The notes under the pieces: model-generated | What the model was told of the DNA's origin: nothing | Databases searched by the model: none | Seen by the model: only the letters and a program-made list of their open reading frames with translations | Source of the DNA: Azolla caroliniana | Taxonomy: Eukaryota > Plantae > Polypodiophyta | Direction: 5' to 3' | Assembly (NCBI GenBank): GCA_043228905.1 | Contig: JBHGNT010000013.1 | Coordinates: 1,116,001 to 1,180,000 of the forward strand | DNA: 64,000 bases | Program-made: the position numbers and the translations under genes | Shown here: positions 48,101 to 62,277 of the stretch, one piece after another | How positions within the stretch are numbered: the stretch's first letter is position 1 | How the letters are laid out: the number at the start of each line of letters is the position of its first letter

Positions 48101-50499
48101 AAAGCACTATACGTATATGCTTCTTAACCAGGAAAGCATCTTTGGGCCCCAACGTAATGATTAGTTGGGATTCATTTGTCGAAGTAGGCAATGGCCTCTC
48201 TCCCCCTAAGCAGCAAAGTTATCTTGCCACACGTCCTTGGTCTCTTCGAAGGCTCTTGTCATATGATGATTTTTCTCCAAAAGTTCAGGGCTAACTTTTT
48301 CTTCCCTCGGAGGATAAAGCTTTTTTTGGGGGTTTGAACGTCCTTTAACTCCTTTACTAAATGACTTGTTTATATGGTAAACATCTAACTCCATGGGGTA
48401 GAACGTGATTTACATTGTGAAACACCTATTATATTGATTGAGCCATAGTGTCCACAGATATTTGGATGTAAGCATCTGCTAAGTATGTATGGGGAAGGAT
48501 AGCATTGACTTCCCCTAGGAAGTTTTGTTTCCTTGTCAAAGGCTTGTGCCACAATGTATATATACTACTTTTTAAGGTTATCTACGTTTCTGGTGTGAGT
48601 TTTGGGCTAGCTATATTATAGAAGTCGCACATTTGAACGGAATGGATTAGATATAATACCTTATCATGGATTGGACGTAAGTATTTTCCATACATGTTGC
48701 TATTATTTATTTATCTTTCACATTGATTTACTTATTGCTAGTTAATATCAGAGCATGTACACAGAGCATGATGGTAAAAAATGTTTAATCTATCTGTTAT
48801 GTCAGAATGGAATGACACCCCTCCATTTGGCTGTATGGTATTCGGTGAGGCATCAACAGCATTCGACTGTAGAGGCATTGCTAAGCTTTTGTGCAGATGC
48901 CAATGCTACTGATAATGTAAGTCCATCTTCATCATTACGCTTTTTTGGCTTCATTTCTTCTTAGAAACCCTAATCTTTTCCTTCACAAAGAAGGATGGGT
49001 CCTGCAAATGTTTTTGACTGTTTAGAAATCTTGCCAATACATTGGAAGATCCTGTCTTACCCACAGACCTTTATTTTTTCAGCATCATCCAGAAGGATAG
49101 ATCAGTTAATTTCTATACCTTACAAATATGAGTTTTTTGGGTTTCCATTGTTAATAAGTGATCAAGAAACCTCAATTTCCGCTACAAGAAAGAATCCAAG
49201 GTTCTGCTAGGCTTAAAACTCTAATCTTGCTAGGCTTGACAGTGCTCAGAATGATCCATCTGTCAACTTCTGGATGAAGCTTGAGTTTTGACCTGAATTT
49301 CTTGCCTTTTACAGGAAGGAAAGACTCCTCTAGGACATCTTCCAAAAAGCCCCAGCCATCAGAAGCTCTGTGACCTAATCCAGAAACGCTTGGATGAGCA
49401 AATGATTGAGATGGCTCGGGAAGCTTGTGAAGGATCTCGAATGAAGATGGAGGCTATTGAAGCCCAGCTTGGGAAAATAATTGGATTGCATGATTTGAAG
49501 ATACAACTAAGGAAGTGGGCCAAGGGAATGTTGCTCGATGAGAAGAGAAAAGCACTAGGTCTAAAGGTTGCTGTCAGAAGGCCTCCACATATGGCCTTTT
49601 TGGGAAATCCTGGAACAGGTAATAATATCTCAGTGTTGCCAAATGTTACTCAGTTGTATAACAATTATTAGTTGATTTATCAATTTTTAGCTGTACCTCG
49701 TTGGAATCAATTCAAGGAGCGAATATTTTTGCAGGGAAAACCATGGTTGCAAGGATACTAGGAAAGTTGTTGAATATGGTTGGTATCCTTCCTACTGATA
49801 AGGTAGTGGAGGTCCAACGAACAGATCTTGTTGGAGAATTCGTTGGGCACACCGGCCCCCGAACAAGGAAAAAGGTCAGTAAATAATGGCCGCTTAATTT
49901 GTCCTTTCAAGGAATTTCTATGTATTTAAGGAGTGTTCTGGCTAACACGAAGCTGATGTCAGATTCAAGAAGCAGAAGGTGGGATTCTTTTTATTGATGA
50001 GGCATATCGACTAATGCCTTTACAGAAATCTGATGACAAAGATTATGGTTTGGAGGCTTTGGAGGAGATTATGTCTGTCATGGACAGTGGCTCCATAGTG
50101 GTCATATTTGCTGGATATGCCGAGCCAATGAAGCGTGTTATATCATGCAACGAGGGCTTCTCACGGAGAGTGACAAAGTTCTTTTACTTTGAAGATTTCT
50201 CAACCAAAGAACTTGCTGAGATAACTTGTTTGAAGATGAATGATACTGATGTTGAGAGTGTGATGTATGGTTTTCATCTGGATGAAGAGTGTACAGTTGA
50301 TGCCATAGCTCAGTTATTAGATGAAGAGACCACCGAGAAGCAAAGGAAAACTCTCAACGGTGGCCTAGCATGGCCTATGCTAGTGAATGCAAGAGAATAT
50401 TTGGATTACAGACTGGGATTGGATTGTTGCGATACGAAAGAACTGATCACAATCACTATGGAGGACCTTCGGATGGGGCTAAAGTTGTTAACTGCATGA
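45182..50499 (+). CDS. Ankyrin-repeat + CbbX/CfxQ-type AAA+ ATPase (AT3G24530-like), 481 aa
   Basis: Exons 45182-45325, 45519-45629, 46299-46397, 48806-48916, 49315-49618, 49735-49874 and 49963-50499 are in frame (1446 nt). TPLH ankyrin repeats, HMAFLGNPGTGKT (Walker A), GGILFIDEAY (Walker B), DLVGEFVGHT and VIFAGY. Confidence 0.95.
47470..47822. repeat. Degenerate ~33-bp minisatellite (TGTCAATTGCCAG core) in intron 3 of the ANK-AAA gene
   Basis: About 10 copies of the core at roughly 30-35 bp spacing. Confidence 0.65.
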
Positions 50500-50928
50500 C
50501 TCTAGCTAGTGCTTTGGTTCCTTCCATTGTTTATTAGTTGGGCTGAGGTCCAGTGAAGTCAGTAACCAAGTTTGGATGGCAAGTTCACTTGAGAATTTCA
50601 TTATTTATCACTATTGGCTATTTTTTCATGGGATACATATAAGTAAATCCCAATATTTTTTATTTTTATCTTCTGCAGACAACAGGATGGGGTCAGAGTT
50701 TCCTAGTGTAAGGACAAAAATAAATTACCATTGTATTCTTCTGCACATATTGGTCTCCAATACTGTCAAGTGTGTTCACACGCATACTATATATTGAGTT
50801 AACTCAAAATGACTGTAAAACTTCAGCATGAATAAATGTGGATGTCTAATTTCCTTACAAATTCCAATATGTAAATAAATATAAATGAATGTAGAGTGTG
50901 TCTGTATCGAACAGTGCATGCGGTATAG

Positions 50929-51160
50929 CCTTTGTCTCTGAGATGGTAGTGATTCCTATGCGTATACAGGCATGCATAAAGCAAGCAAAATATTGAATAG
51001 TGTCCTTTGTCCTTGAGATGGTAGTGATTCCTATTCATATACAGGCATGCTTAAAGCAAGCAAAATATTGAATAGGGTCCTGTCACCAAGATATAAATTC
51101 AATAGTGTATGTCACCAAGACATAATAATTCAATACTGAGTCATCAAGACATAATTCAAC
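50929..51160. repeat. 75-bp tandem duplication plus three ~30-bp repeats between convergent 3' ends
   Basis: 50929-51000 matches 51004-51075. GTCA(C/T)CAAGA(T/C)ATAA occurs 3 times. Confidence 0.8.
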
Positions 51161-51757
51161 CTTTTTGAAAGGATGAGCCACAGAAGTGTTCAGATGCCCT
51201 ACTAAAGATCTCAACAATACTTTTACTATAAGAGTTGCAAAGATTCATCTACACCCTGGAATATAGTGCCACCACAATACAATGTACAAACAATCTTAGG
51301 ATGGCTTTCTAAGTGGTACATACCTTGTTGATAAATAATAAAACTGAAGGCTTGTCATTAAATTTTACTGGATTATATATATATCGAAGGGAGGCCACTT
51401 GTGAAGAATGCCTTGTTGCTGACACACAAAACTGTTAATGTACAATTTTCATCCTATTTATGATGCTTTTCCAAGCTGATGAGTAATCCTGGCGTAGCAA
51501 ACAGATAGATCCACAACTGTCGATGAAGAATTTTATAAACGAAATGACATCCAGCCAATAACATTAAACATTGCCTCAAAGTTTTTTCATCGCAATCTCC
51601 TTGCATTCTATACAGTATATCCATCAGTTACAAGATTTTTCAGTTAATAAAGGTTGGGATATGATTAATCACTTGCTTAGAGGCCTGTCAAAAAACCATG
51701 TCGACCATGCATCTGAGCCTTTATTAAACCAAAAATAGCATCATGAAGATGCCTTCA

Positions 51758-54700
51758 CTAATAAGGCCGATAGCGCCGTGAAGAGCTGCCACCATCACCA
51801 CCACCATCACCACCATGTCGCTGGGAATGCTGGCTATGTCTTCTGCCACTATTATCTTGTTCCGAGTGCCGGCTATGTCCATATCCACTACCACTATCAT
51901 GCCGATGGGAATGTCGATGGGAACTTCGACTATGCCCACTACCTTCACTATCCCTGTGCGGAGTTGTCTGACTATCCTCATTAACTTGTTGCCTACAAAG
52001 GTCATCAAATTCTTACTTTCATCAAAATAAAATTTGACCATATTTCAATTTATGAAAAGATGGAACTTACAAAACATAACCGACTCGGCCATCTGGAAGC
52101 ACCATAGGAACCATTGTCATACCAGCTGGAGTAGGACCTCGGCCATAGATCATTGGCTGCATCAATTGGTTATACAATAAATTAAAGATTGATGAGCATT
52201 GAAGTTCTACAGCATAATCTCACAAAGGATAGCTACGTAACAGATGAATTTACCTGTACCTGTCCTCTGTTAGAACCAAATCCTGATGCTATGGGAGCAG
52301 AGGAGAAGCCAAAAGCAGCCCTCGACTGATACACAGGGGGCAAAATTCCTGCACTAAAAGGTGAACTCATTGCTATAGGAACAGTTTTCTTCTCAGCTAT
52401 TGACTTGGCGAGGCTTGCTTGCAACTCGCGACCTGAAAATTTTGTCAATAGCATGTAAATGTATCCACTAAATCTTCAGTGTTTAGGCAGCCGAAAATTT
52501 ACAAAGAATACCTTCAAGCACATATCTTTCTGTTTCTGCAATAGCTTTTAATGCACTACTCCGTTCAGCAAAATGCACAAAACCAAAGTCTCGCTTTGGT
52601 TGTCCTGGCTTTGATGGAGGCAACATGACTTTGGTTATATCCCCATGCTTCTCAAAGAGTTTCCATAGCTGTTCATGTGTCACCTTTTCAGGTAGGTTAC
52701 GGACATGTACAACTTTCACCTGATAGAGAAAATGAAGAAAAAACCCAGCATAAAACACATGCGTTATCATTTGTCGCCCAGAACAAACTATATTGCAGTA
52801 TGCTATATCATTTATGTTACACTATCCAGAACAAACTACATTGCATGCTCAATGTAGACTTTGTTATTAAGGCAACTTGCAAGGCATTCCAGAGCACTTT
52901 TTCTTTTCAATGTCTCTATTGAACCCAGATATCATGAAACTTTTGGCTAAAAAATTACTATACCATCTCATTTAGCATGATATGTAGACATGCAAATAGG
53001 TCTATGGGACTTACATAAGCTAATCTAAGGTTAGCATTTTACCACATGTTTTATTAAAAGTTGCATCTATGTCTATATCTTCAAAGCCCCGTAAATGGAG
53101 CCCTCACTGTGGACAGCCCAAGAATATTTTATGCTGATTCAGATTTAAAGACATGTCAACTTATAGCAGTACATCCAATTCATACAGGAAATACTCCAAT
53201 ATTAAACAATGGATCCTACGAATATAACAAAAGTACAATTCACCTGGGAAAATGTTTTATCTGATGCACTTGGAGAATCTGCCCAGTTAACTGTAGGTGT
53301 ATTTGTTCCTAGCTTAAATCCCGGCAAGGACATGATGCGCTTTGCATTCTCTGCACATGCATTATTGTAGAACTCGACAAAGGCGAATCCACGATTTCTA
53401 TCAGGATTTTGAAGATCCTGGATCAGAGGAAGAAAACTTTTGTGACATTTCAGCTCCAGCATAAACTTACCTATGTCATCTAAAATCAGTACTTAAGATC
53501 AAACTGACTGTTCTTTAAAATACACACTAACTTCAAAGATCAGGTCATCAAATAAGGAATTGAACCAATGAAGGATTTAATTAATGAACTGAACATTTAC
53601 AGAATTATTTTTGGCAAGTGATCTAGTCCAGAATCAATATCAAAAACTTCCAAAAGCATCATTGTGCTCCACGTAATCCTTCATTGATGGGAGACATGAT
53701 GGAATTTATGAAATGATGAGCTATAGAAGAAGATTTTCAAATAGATTTATAATTTATAGGCAGCTACATTAATGAAACAGAAGATTACAATGGACACTAA
53801 CATGTTTAATGGTTACCAATCCAACTTCTTAGGATGGAAAGTGATGGCTTCAACCAGAATCAAGGTGCATCTGTAGGTCTCAAGGATAGAAAATATGGAT
53901 GATAGTGCACAGTCAGTAAGTCTGCAAGCCTCGACCAATATGGATCACATTTCTGGATTCTATAAGCTAATCATGATGGGTTCATTTTTGCAGGCACTTA
54001 AAATGGGCAAATAACATACAACTTAATTCAGTTGTTTATGTTTAGTAGCAAATGTCTAAGTAGAAGATCTGAACCTTGCAGTTATATGGCCGACCACTAA
54101 AGCTTTTGGCCGTTATGAATCTCCAATGTACTCTCCCATTAAACACTTTGGATTAAATGATTGCATCCTTCAGCTGTTCTCAGGTTTGTGCATTTGAGGT
54201 TCTTCTCATGGACTCTGATTAGGGTTACATGAAGAATTTTGGTCATATGAGAAGGAGCAGAGGAATGATAGTACAGAGCCGAAGGCATCATGGATTCACT
54301 TTGTGTTAAACTGATGGATGAATGAAGTGAAAAAGGTAACAAAGTGTAAAGTCCAGAATAATAAGCCTCTCCAGAATGAAAGTTATGAGGATGTATGCGA
54401 AGAGCAACTACATTGAAGTATGAGGCTGAATATAACAATAAGCTTGAAAATCAAAGTCTGGAATGATTTTCAGGAAAATAAAAACCATGATATGGTTGAA
54501 TGAATTCATTAGTTAGGTACGTGAAACAGTATGATTCCAGCACACAATATTCCCTTGCAGAAACCTCTGAGCAGCAGTCCTTGGCATGTGAACTCTGAAA
54601 AGTTCTGTGAGAAAAAACAAATTGTGGCAAAATTGTTAAATGACAGAACCTTAAAGTTTGGCATTTTCGTATTTGATGTACACAATTGATATTAACTTCA

Positions 54701-56587
54701 CATAAACATGTCAAAAGAAAATCCATAATATCTTTCATATTTGCAATTAGAAAGCTGGAGGAGAAATTTTGAGCTTCCTTAGGGTTAACCAAATAAACTA
54801 GAATCCAACTCACAACATACCCTATTTTTCTAGATGTACATGAACATCAGATATCAAGAACGTACATCTGACACTTTTTCAAACGATTATTGATGGCTAG
54901 ACCAATATAAGAATGGATTGTTGAGGAATAAGTGATAAAAAAACAGAGCAAAACTATTACAGTCTTTACCTTACATATTCATATATATCAATGATCTAGG
55001 CATCTATGCCAAAAGAATTGACAAAAACCAAGTCAATGCTCTCTCTCTCTCTCTCTCTCATACACATCGATACATGTTAGAGCCCATCCCATTGTCTGCC
55101 ATTCAAACCATTGCTTCTATGCAACTTAGCTCACATTCATTGTGATGTGAAACGGGGCATTAGGGCACAAGTGATGAGAGTGGTCGACTATGCACACTCT
55201 TAAACAAGTTCGAGAGTCTAAGTATCACACTTTGAAACAATGCTCTGCCTTTGATCATATTCGACTATGCTTTCCATACATCTTCGACCAAGCCCAATCC
55301 TAGCACAAATTTCTCTCGTAACCACAATGTGCACTTATTCATTGGTAAAGTTCTTGAACATTGAGAGTCGCTAGTCACTTTCGCATGTATCACATGAAAT
55401 GTAATATTTTTGGTCTCATAGGTCATATTTGACCTCCAAAGATCATAATAGAATCTATCTATCTTTCTTTACATGGTTAATTGGGCAGGGTTAAAAATGA
55501 AGGAAAACCCATTATCAACATTCAAGAAACTGGTTCAATTGTAATAAGTTATACCTTAAGTAACTCAATAGTTTGTATTCCTGTTGCTTTTTCAGACAAA
55601 ACTTTCTGGAGTTCTTCTTTACCCCAACTGTGTGGTATGTTTCCAATAAACAGTTTATTTTTCAGCTGAGAGGGTGAGAATCGCAATTTTCTTCCCTGTA
55701 ATGTAAAGAAACTTCAGCCAAATCTATTTTACTAAATGTTGCATTATGTGACAAGTAGTATGAAAAACTGCAACTTCACCTTGAATTCACATTCATTAAG
55801 AGTCTGGATGGCCTTCTGTGCGATTTCCTTGTTTGAGAAAGTCACAAACGCAAAACCCTTGTTGCAGTTATCTGGTTTATCTTTGTCCCGCATTACCCGC
55901 ACCTTTTTACACATCAAGAACTTCAGTTCACCTCGACAACTCTATGTTATCACCATTTTTGCAATTGGTAATGCTTTTCAAAAATGAAAATATTACCTCA
56001 AATACATCTCCACATTGTGCACAAAGTTCCATCAAATCAGCTTCAACCGTGTCCTTGCTTATATTTCCTACAAACACTTCTGAACCATGTTCAGGGAGTG
56101 AGAGAGGATTATCGTTGCTCTCTTCATGTTTACCTTCTCCCTGAGAAGCTTTTTCACTTGACGGCACTAATCCATTTTCTCCTACTAGGGTTCCTTCATC
56201 ATTGTTCTCTGTCTTCATGCGCCTATCTCCATCACAAACTTTACGCTCGGTCCCTTCTGAATGCTCCTCTTGTATATGACTTTCAAATTCATCCCTAGCA
56301 CAAAGGTTGTTTTGATTATAAGGCTGTTCTTGGTATTGAATACCTTCACATTCGTCTTGGTCATCAAGTTCATCTTGGTATGCATTTCCATCCTCATCAC
56401 ACATGTTTAGATCAAGACCTTCTTGCCCTGATTGCTTTTCATCCTCTTCTTCAACACCTCCCTCCCCTTCCAGATCATTATCGATAATGTCTTCATCTCC
56501 AACATCAAATTGTTCCTGTTCAAGCTGGTCATCATATCCATCATCCACTTCTTCAAAATCCTGCGAAATATCAGTTGATGACGTCAT
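51758..56587 (-). CDS. hnRNP-Q/R-like (LIF2-family) RNA-binding protein, 3 RRMs, ~576 aa
   Basis: Exons 56587-55997, 55902-55780, 55695-55555, 53417-53244, 52719-52512, 52432-52260, 52156-52071 and 51992-51758 are in frame. Motifs PEHGSEVFVGNI, KGFAFVTF, RGFAFVEF, RDFGFVHF, PMIYGRG..MVPMVLPDGRVGYVLQQ and C-terminal RRYRPY. A 5'UTR exon ends at 57516. Confidence 0.93.
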
Positions 56588-57660
56588 TCTACTCTGATCC
56601 TTGCTATTGTGAACAATAAAAGCCTTATTTCGCTGCCATGACTGCAGAACTCTGTATATGAAGGAAATGAGCCAAGGTAAATATACGAACACATTTTATG
56701 TTCCACCTTCTATTCAGTCACATCTCCAATTCCTTTGTAGGAAATAACTAATCCAAGTAAACCATATAATGTGTTAAATAACCAGCATTCCCTGACATTT
56801 CTACATGATCCCCAAGAAACAAGGCAAGCGTTAACTTGCACCATGCACCAAGCAAACGTTTCTAGCTCGTATCAACCAAATCAAAATAAATCCTTTTCCC
56901 TCTATGTTCATTCACATTTCTAGCTCACTCATAGAAAATGATCCATGTAATCAACATAAACCATGTGTAAACTTCCGATTCTGCATTCAATCACATTTCT
57001 AGTTCATTTCTAGCAAATGATCTATTGAAATCAAAATACCACTTTTATGATTTATTTCTAGCAAAATGTGTCCGCCCAAAAAAACTTATATTTTTAGGTT
57101 ATTCAAATTATCCTCTTGCTTTACTTGGATCATCCTCAACAAGCGTGATTACATGTTGGAACCCAACAACGAACGAAAAAACCTCAGGTTTCTTGTTCCT
57201 TTCTTGTAAAGAATGAGCCAAAGGAAATATCACAATACATCTTTCTAAGCGCATTCATCGTTTCTTTTCTCAGAGACCATATCATAACCCGGATAAAACG
57301 AACGGGGAACTTTAGATTTCTTGCAAAGAACGAGCCAAAGTATATATCACAATATATCTTTATTAAAAAACGTTCAGAGGATATTTCCTCTTTCTTGGAA
57401 TCGTGTAGAAGCCCTAAAATGAACAACGAAATCGAAGGAAAACAAACAACTGTGGGATCGATATAGTATCATTTCAAAACTCCAAGGGAGAACGAACAGA
57501 AAAGAAAAAACTTACCTGGAACTGAAAAAAGGCTTCCAAGCAGAAAGAACGTTAATGTCAGGTGATGAATCGATGGGGCAGGAGAACGATTTGTCGGTCT
57601 GCTTTTCTCTGCACAGCGGCTATGGCGAGGCTTCGCGCCAAAAGAGAATGTCTTGTCCCA

Positions 57661-57707
57661 TTTAACCATGGTTAAACGTAACCGCGGTTAAATGTAACCA
57701 TGGTTAC
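57661..57707. promoter_or_regulatory. Three tandem palindromes with 16-bp period just upstream of the RRM gene leader exon
   Basis: TTTAACCATGGTTAAA, TAACCGCGGTTA and GTAACCATGGTTAC. Confidence 0.55.
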
Positions 57708-58003
57708 GGTGCCGAATTAGTTTTCCTTGAATCACTTCGTAGAAGATAAGGTTAAGCTTATATTTCCAAGTAATGAATGCATTACTCTCCAACTGGCTCT
57801 TGATTCAATGTGTATTCTACACACGCTATGTTGCCTATTCGTATAAAGGGGGCAAGGATCAAACTATGCTGTAAATTATGAGTTTGGAGGCACCTTTTAG
57901 CAATAATTGAGGTCCAGTACTTAATAGTTGAGTTGTTAGCCAATACCTTTTGCCGAAAATAGGGAAATTTTAATACCATGTGCAAGTGGTGTAGACAGTA
58001 CGG

Positions 58004-58607
58004 TGTCACGATATTAGTGTGCGTGCATGTGATAGCTGCGCGGGACCACCGGGGACCTGGACCAAAAAAGCTGGTGTTAAATATGTGTCATACGTAACAT
58101 GACCCATGGAGACATTAACATTGTTGTTGGTACTAAAGACTACATGCAATACCAAGAAAAAGGGGAATAGAGCAAGTTGGCTCTAGAGCTTTAGGCCAAT
58201 CCCAATGTAAAACTGATAATCTTTTTGTAAGTGAGCTATAAAAGTCACTTTCGTGCCATTTTTAGCTTCTCCTTGAATCTTTAGTCTCAAACCCCCTTTG
58301 TAATGAAGCTAGAGTTCTCTTGCCTTTACATATTTGTTGTGAGCTGAGTGATTACGATTAAGTGCTAATTAGCCAAACATGAATAATTTCTCCTCGTGTA
58401 TGTGTAGTGTACATTTACATTAATCGAGGTGTGATTATGTCTTACCTTGTAATCTTTTTGTTGGTGTTTATGATCGTATGTATTGAACGCTAAAGCCCAT
58501 ATGCGTACTAGCAAGCTTCTTGGTGATATTAATGTCTCTAAGAGAGGTGAGTGAGAGCTCGCAAGATTAGACTGAGTGGACTTAGTAGCATGAGAAAGTG
58601 TGTTACA
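58004..58607 (+). repeat. Possible old solo-LTR remnant
   Basis: TGTCAC...GTTACA ends, TATAAAA at ~58237 and LTR-like composition. No TSD found. Confidence 0.3.
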
Positions 58608-59331
58608 ACCTCTCTCACCAGTCCCCATATTAGTAGGGTATATGGTAGTCCAAACCCCTCGGCCAACAATGGTGTAGAGATATAGCCCCCTTAATCACTT
58701 AGTTCCCTTTTTTGTTGTTTAAGTGTAATGTTATATCCTTCTCAAACTTTTGTTTACTAATTTGATTAATCTTCATTTTTTGGAGGAATGGAAGTAGTAT
58801 TAATAAATGAAGTCTAAAAAAAGGGATAAACGTCGAGTACAAATTAATGTTTTAAATCTGGGCTTTTAATTTTCTCTTGTTTTCATCAGTAGACAACCCC
58901 TTGATCTGATCCCCTGAAGGGAGCCCATGATAAGTCCTCGTAGAAAGCCAACATACCATAAGAGCAAGTGACATATTTAAATTTAGGCTCACCTCGAACA
59001 AAGAAGTTGAGATTAACAAAGCACTACTTGATTGAGGGCCTAAGGATCAAAACAAAACATATGGGGGTCGTTGACACCACGTTAAGCACCAAGACTAGAC
59101 TTAAATGGGGTCAATATGCTAGTGCCTTTGACATCCACACACTAGTATATAGTGACATGGCCGTAGACCGCATCAACATAGAACATGACCACTTAGAAGT
59201 CCTTAAGGAATGCAAAGTTGTAGGGAAGGAAACAAAAAACCAGTCGAATTAGCAAAAGGTGGAAAGTCTAAGGTCCCAACCATAGAAATAGAAGTCGTTA
59301 TAGCAGAATGCAAGTTAGCATGCAATGACGT

Positions 59332-62277
59332 TGTTAGGTATTTTGCCCCTCCTAATAGGAGAAGTCGGTGGCTGAATTCTGGTCGATGGACTGGATCAAC
59401 TAAGGGGTCGACTGGATTGGTGGTCGACTTAAGTGAAGAACAATAGGAGTCGGCTAGTCGGACCAACTAGATTGTCGACCGGTGGGACGATTAATTATTA
59501 ATATTATATATAATAGTAATACCTTAAATGCATACATACATATATATATGGAGTTAGGGCAAGATTTTTCGAGATGTATGTGAGATCAAAGCTGAAAGTG
59601 CGTAATGTACGCGACAGAGAGCCCAGACAACGTGGACTGTGAGAGAGAGTGTATGAGTAGAGCGAAGGAGACTAAAACACGAAGTGAAAAAGAAGGCAAT
59701 GTTGAGACAGCGCGTGAGAGGAAGACAAAGTGAAGCGAGTTGAACAAAGAAAGAGTGTGCAATAGGAAGAGGGGGTGTGAAGGCATAGTTTTGTGGAACT
59801 TGCCAAAACCCTAAAAAGGGATTATCTGTAATTTGAGCCTTTCTCCTTGAAACCTTGAAAAGTTTTGTAATCTATCTCAGTAATCTTGTGACATAGTGAA
59901 ATTTTTTGCCTCGTGGTTTTCCCTATTTTAGTGTTTCCACGTAAATCTTGTGTACCATGTACTTTAAGTTCTTGTTTTGTGTTTTTCAGCTTATCTTTCT
60001 TGTTCATCTTCGATCTTAAATCTATCAAACTGGTATCAGAGTGAGGTTCTAGATGGAAGGTGTGGGTGGCTTCCAGGAATGATGGTCCTGAACTCACCTA
60101 ACTACTCAGATTGGAAGATTAAGATGAAGGATCTTTTGATAGTTAGAGACCTATATGAGCCTATGGACATGAAAGAAATACCCACAGGGGTGTTAGAGTT
60201 GGAATGGAAAATCCTGAATAGGAAGGCAATGGCTAGTTAGAGACCTATATGAGCCTATGGACAGGAAAGAAATACCCACAGGGGTGTTAGAGTTGGAATG
60301 GAAAATCCTGAATAGGAAGGCAATGGCTACCATAAGATAGTGTCAAGAAAATGGCTACCATCACTTAGTGCTTCATGTTAAGAAGAAAACCTATCTTTAC
60401 AAGTGGTAAAGACAAGTATTCTGAACGGAGAGACAAGGCGAAAGGACAAGGGTGTCCTGTCTCAATTGGAAGCGAATGTGGCACAAAATCCCTGCAGAGG
60501 CAAAAGCAAATATAGGAGTCCACAAAATAGAGACAAAGTTCCATGCCAGGTCAAAGTCCAGGGGAAGACTCACATGTTTCTATTGTGGGAAACTTGGACA
60601 CTTCCAAAAGGATTGTCGACACCTTAAGAAAGACAAAGGCACTGCTGATGATGTTGAACCCAAGAAGATTTCTGATGAGAAGAACACTTCAGCCATCGCA
60701 ACCAGTGAAGAAGAGCTCTTATTCATTTGCGAACAAGCGAGTGTCAAGCTTGCAAATGAAGAGTATTCTTGGGTGGTTGACTCTGGCTCATCATTCCACC
60801 TTACTTCGACAAGAGAATGTTTCTCATCTTACACAACCGACAACTATGACTATGTAAAGATGGGAAATAATGGAGCATGCAAGATTGTCGGTATTGGAAG
60901 TGTGTGCTTGGTAACATAAAATGGTTGTAGGATAACATTAAGGGATGTGTGACATGTGCTGGATGTCAGAGTGAACCTGATATAAACTAGAAGACTTTAC
61001 AACGAAGGCTATAGTGGTAGTTTTCAGAATGGTATTTGGAAGTTTTGTAAGGGAAGTCTGATAGTGGCCCGTGCACAAAAACAGGGTACATTATATGTAA
61101 TGCATGCCAAGTTGTGTAAAGATGAGGCCAACATGGTAGTCAACTCAGATGGTGAGTTATGGTATAAAAGGCTTGGCCACAAGAGTGAGAGGGGCATGGA
61201 TATGCTGGTTGAGAAGAAATTTCTCCTAGAAGTGAAAGGAATGATGCATTTGGAAAAATGCGTGGATTCCTTGGTCAGAAAACAGAACAGGGATGCCTTT
61301 CATTCTAGGCCACCAAAAAGAATAGAATGTGCACTAGAGTTGGTCCACACAGATGTATGCTTTGTGAATGCTCAATCAGATCTGGGAGGACAATACTTTG
61401 TGACATTTATTAATGACTATAGTAGAAAGTTGTGGGCTTTTGTGCTGAAATCTAAAGACCAAGTGTTGTCGGTCTCTAAAGAGTTCCATGCTAGAGCAAA
61501 AAGAGAGTCTGGATAGAAGTTGATGGTTGTCTAGATAGATAATGGTGGTGAGTATAAAGGAAAATTTGAGTTGTATTTAAGACTCAAGGCATAAAACTTG
61601 AGTATATAGTGTCAAAGTCTCCTGAGCTGAATGGTTTGGTAGAAAGAATGAATCGAACCATAATGGAAAGGGTTAGAAGCATGTTGTCACATGCAAAACT
61701 TCCAAAATCGTATTGGGTTGAGGCTATGTTGACAACGGTTTATCTTATAAATAGTTCTCCCTCAGTGCCTCTAAAGGGTGATGTCCCACAGAGGCTGTGG
61801 ACAGGAAGAAAAGTGTCTTATCAGCACTTGTGAGTATTCGGATGCTTGGCATATATGCATGTTGCAAAGGACTAGAGGTCGAAGCCGGACAACAAGATGA
61901 AGCCATGCATATTTCTGGGGTACTCTGAAGATGAATTCAGCTACAGGCTGTGAGATTTACTTTACAAGAAAGTGGTGAGGAGTCGAGATATTGTATTATT
62001 GGAAGACAAGATGATTGAAAACTGGAAACAATAGAAATCAGGGTCGTCCTCCCAGTCGACCACCACCACTATGGACTCGACACTAGTTGACTCTACACAA
62101 TCAGCTGATAGGAGACAAATAGTCGATACAACCGAATCTGAATTGGTCGACTTAGAGAAACCGATTGATACATATGAGTCAGAGCGACCAACCCACAGAA
62201 ATCGATTGATGCATATGAGTATGTCCTATTGATTGATGAGGATGAATCGGAATGCTACGAAGAAGCTATGGTAGATG
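59332..62277 (+). mobile_element. Ty1/Copia (Tnt1/Tork-like) 5' LTR + decayed gag-PR-IN
   Basis: LTR ~59332-60027 (TGTTAG..CTATCA) and PBS TGGTATCAGAG at 60031-60041. Gag from ~60052 has a 94-bp tandem duplication (60140-60327). Motifs CFYCGKLGHF, WVVDSGS and LELVHTDV. Same family as the 873-12096 element. Confidence 0.88.

Noticed and set aside
54139-54813. ORFs / possible poison exon or snoRNA in the long RRM-gene intron
   Set aside because: No recognisable domain, no convincing splice sites and no C/D box pair on the sense strand.
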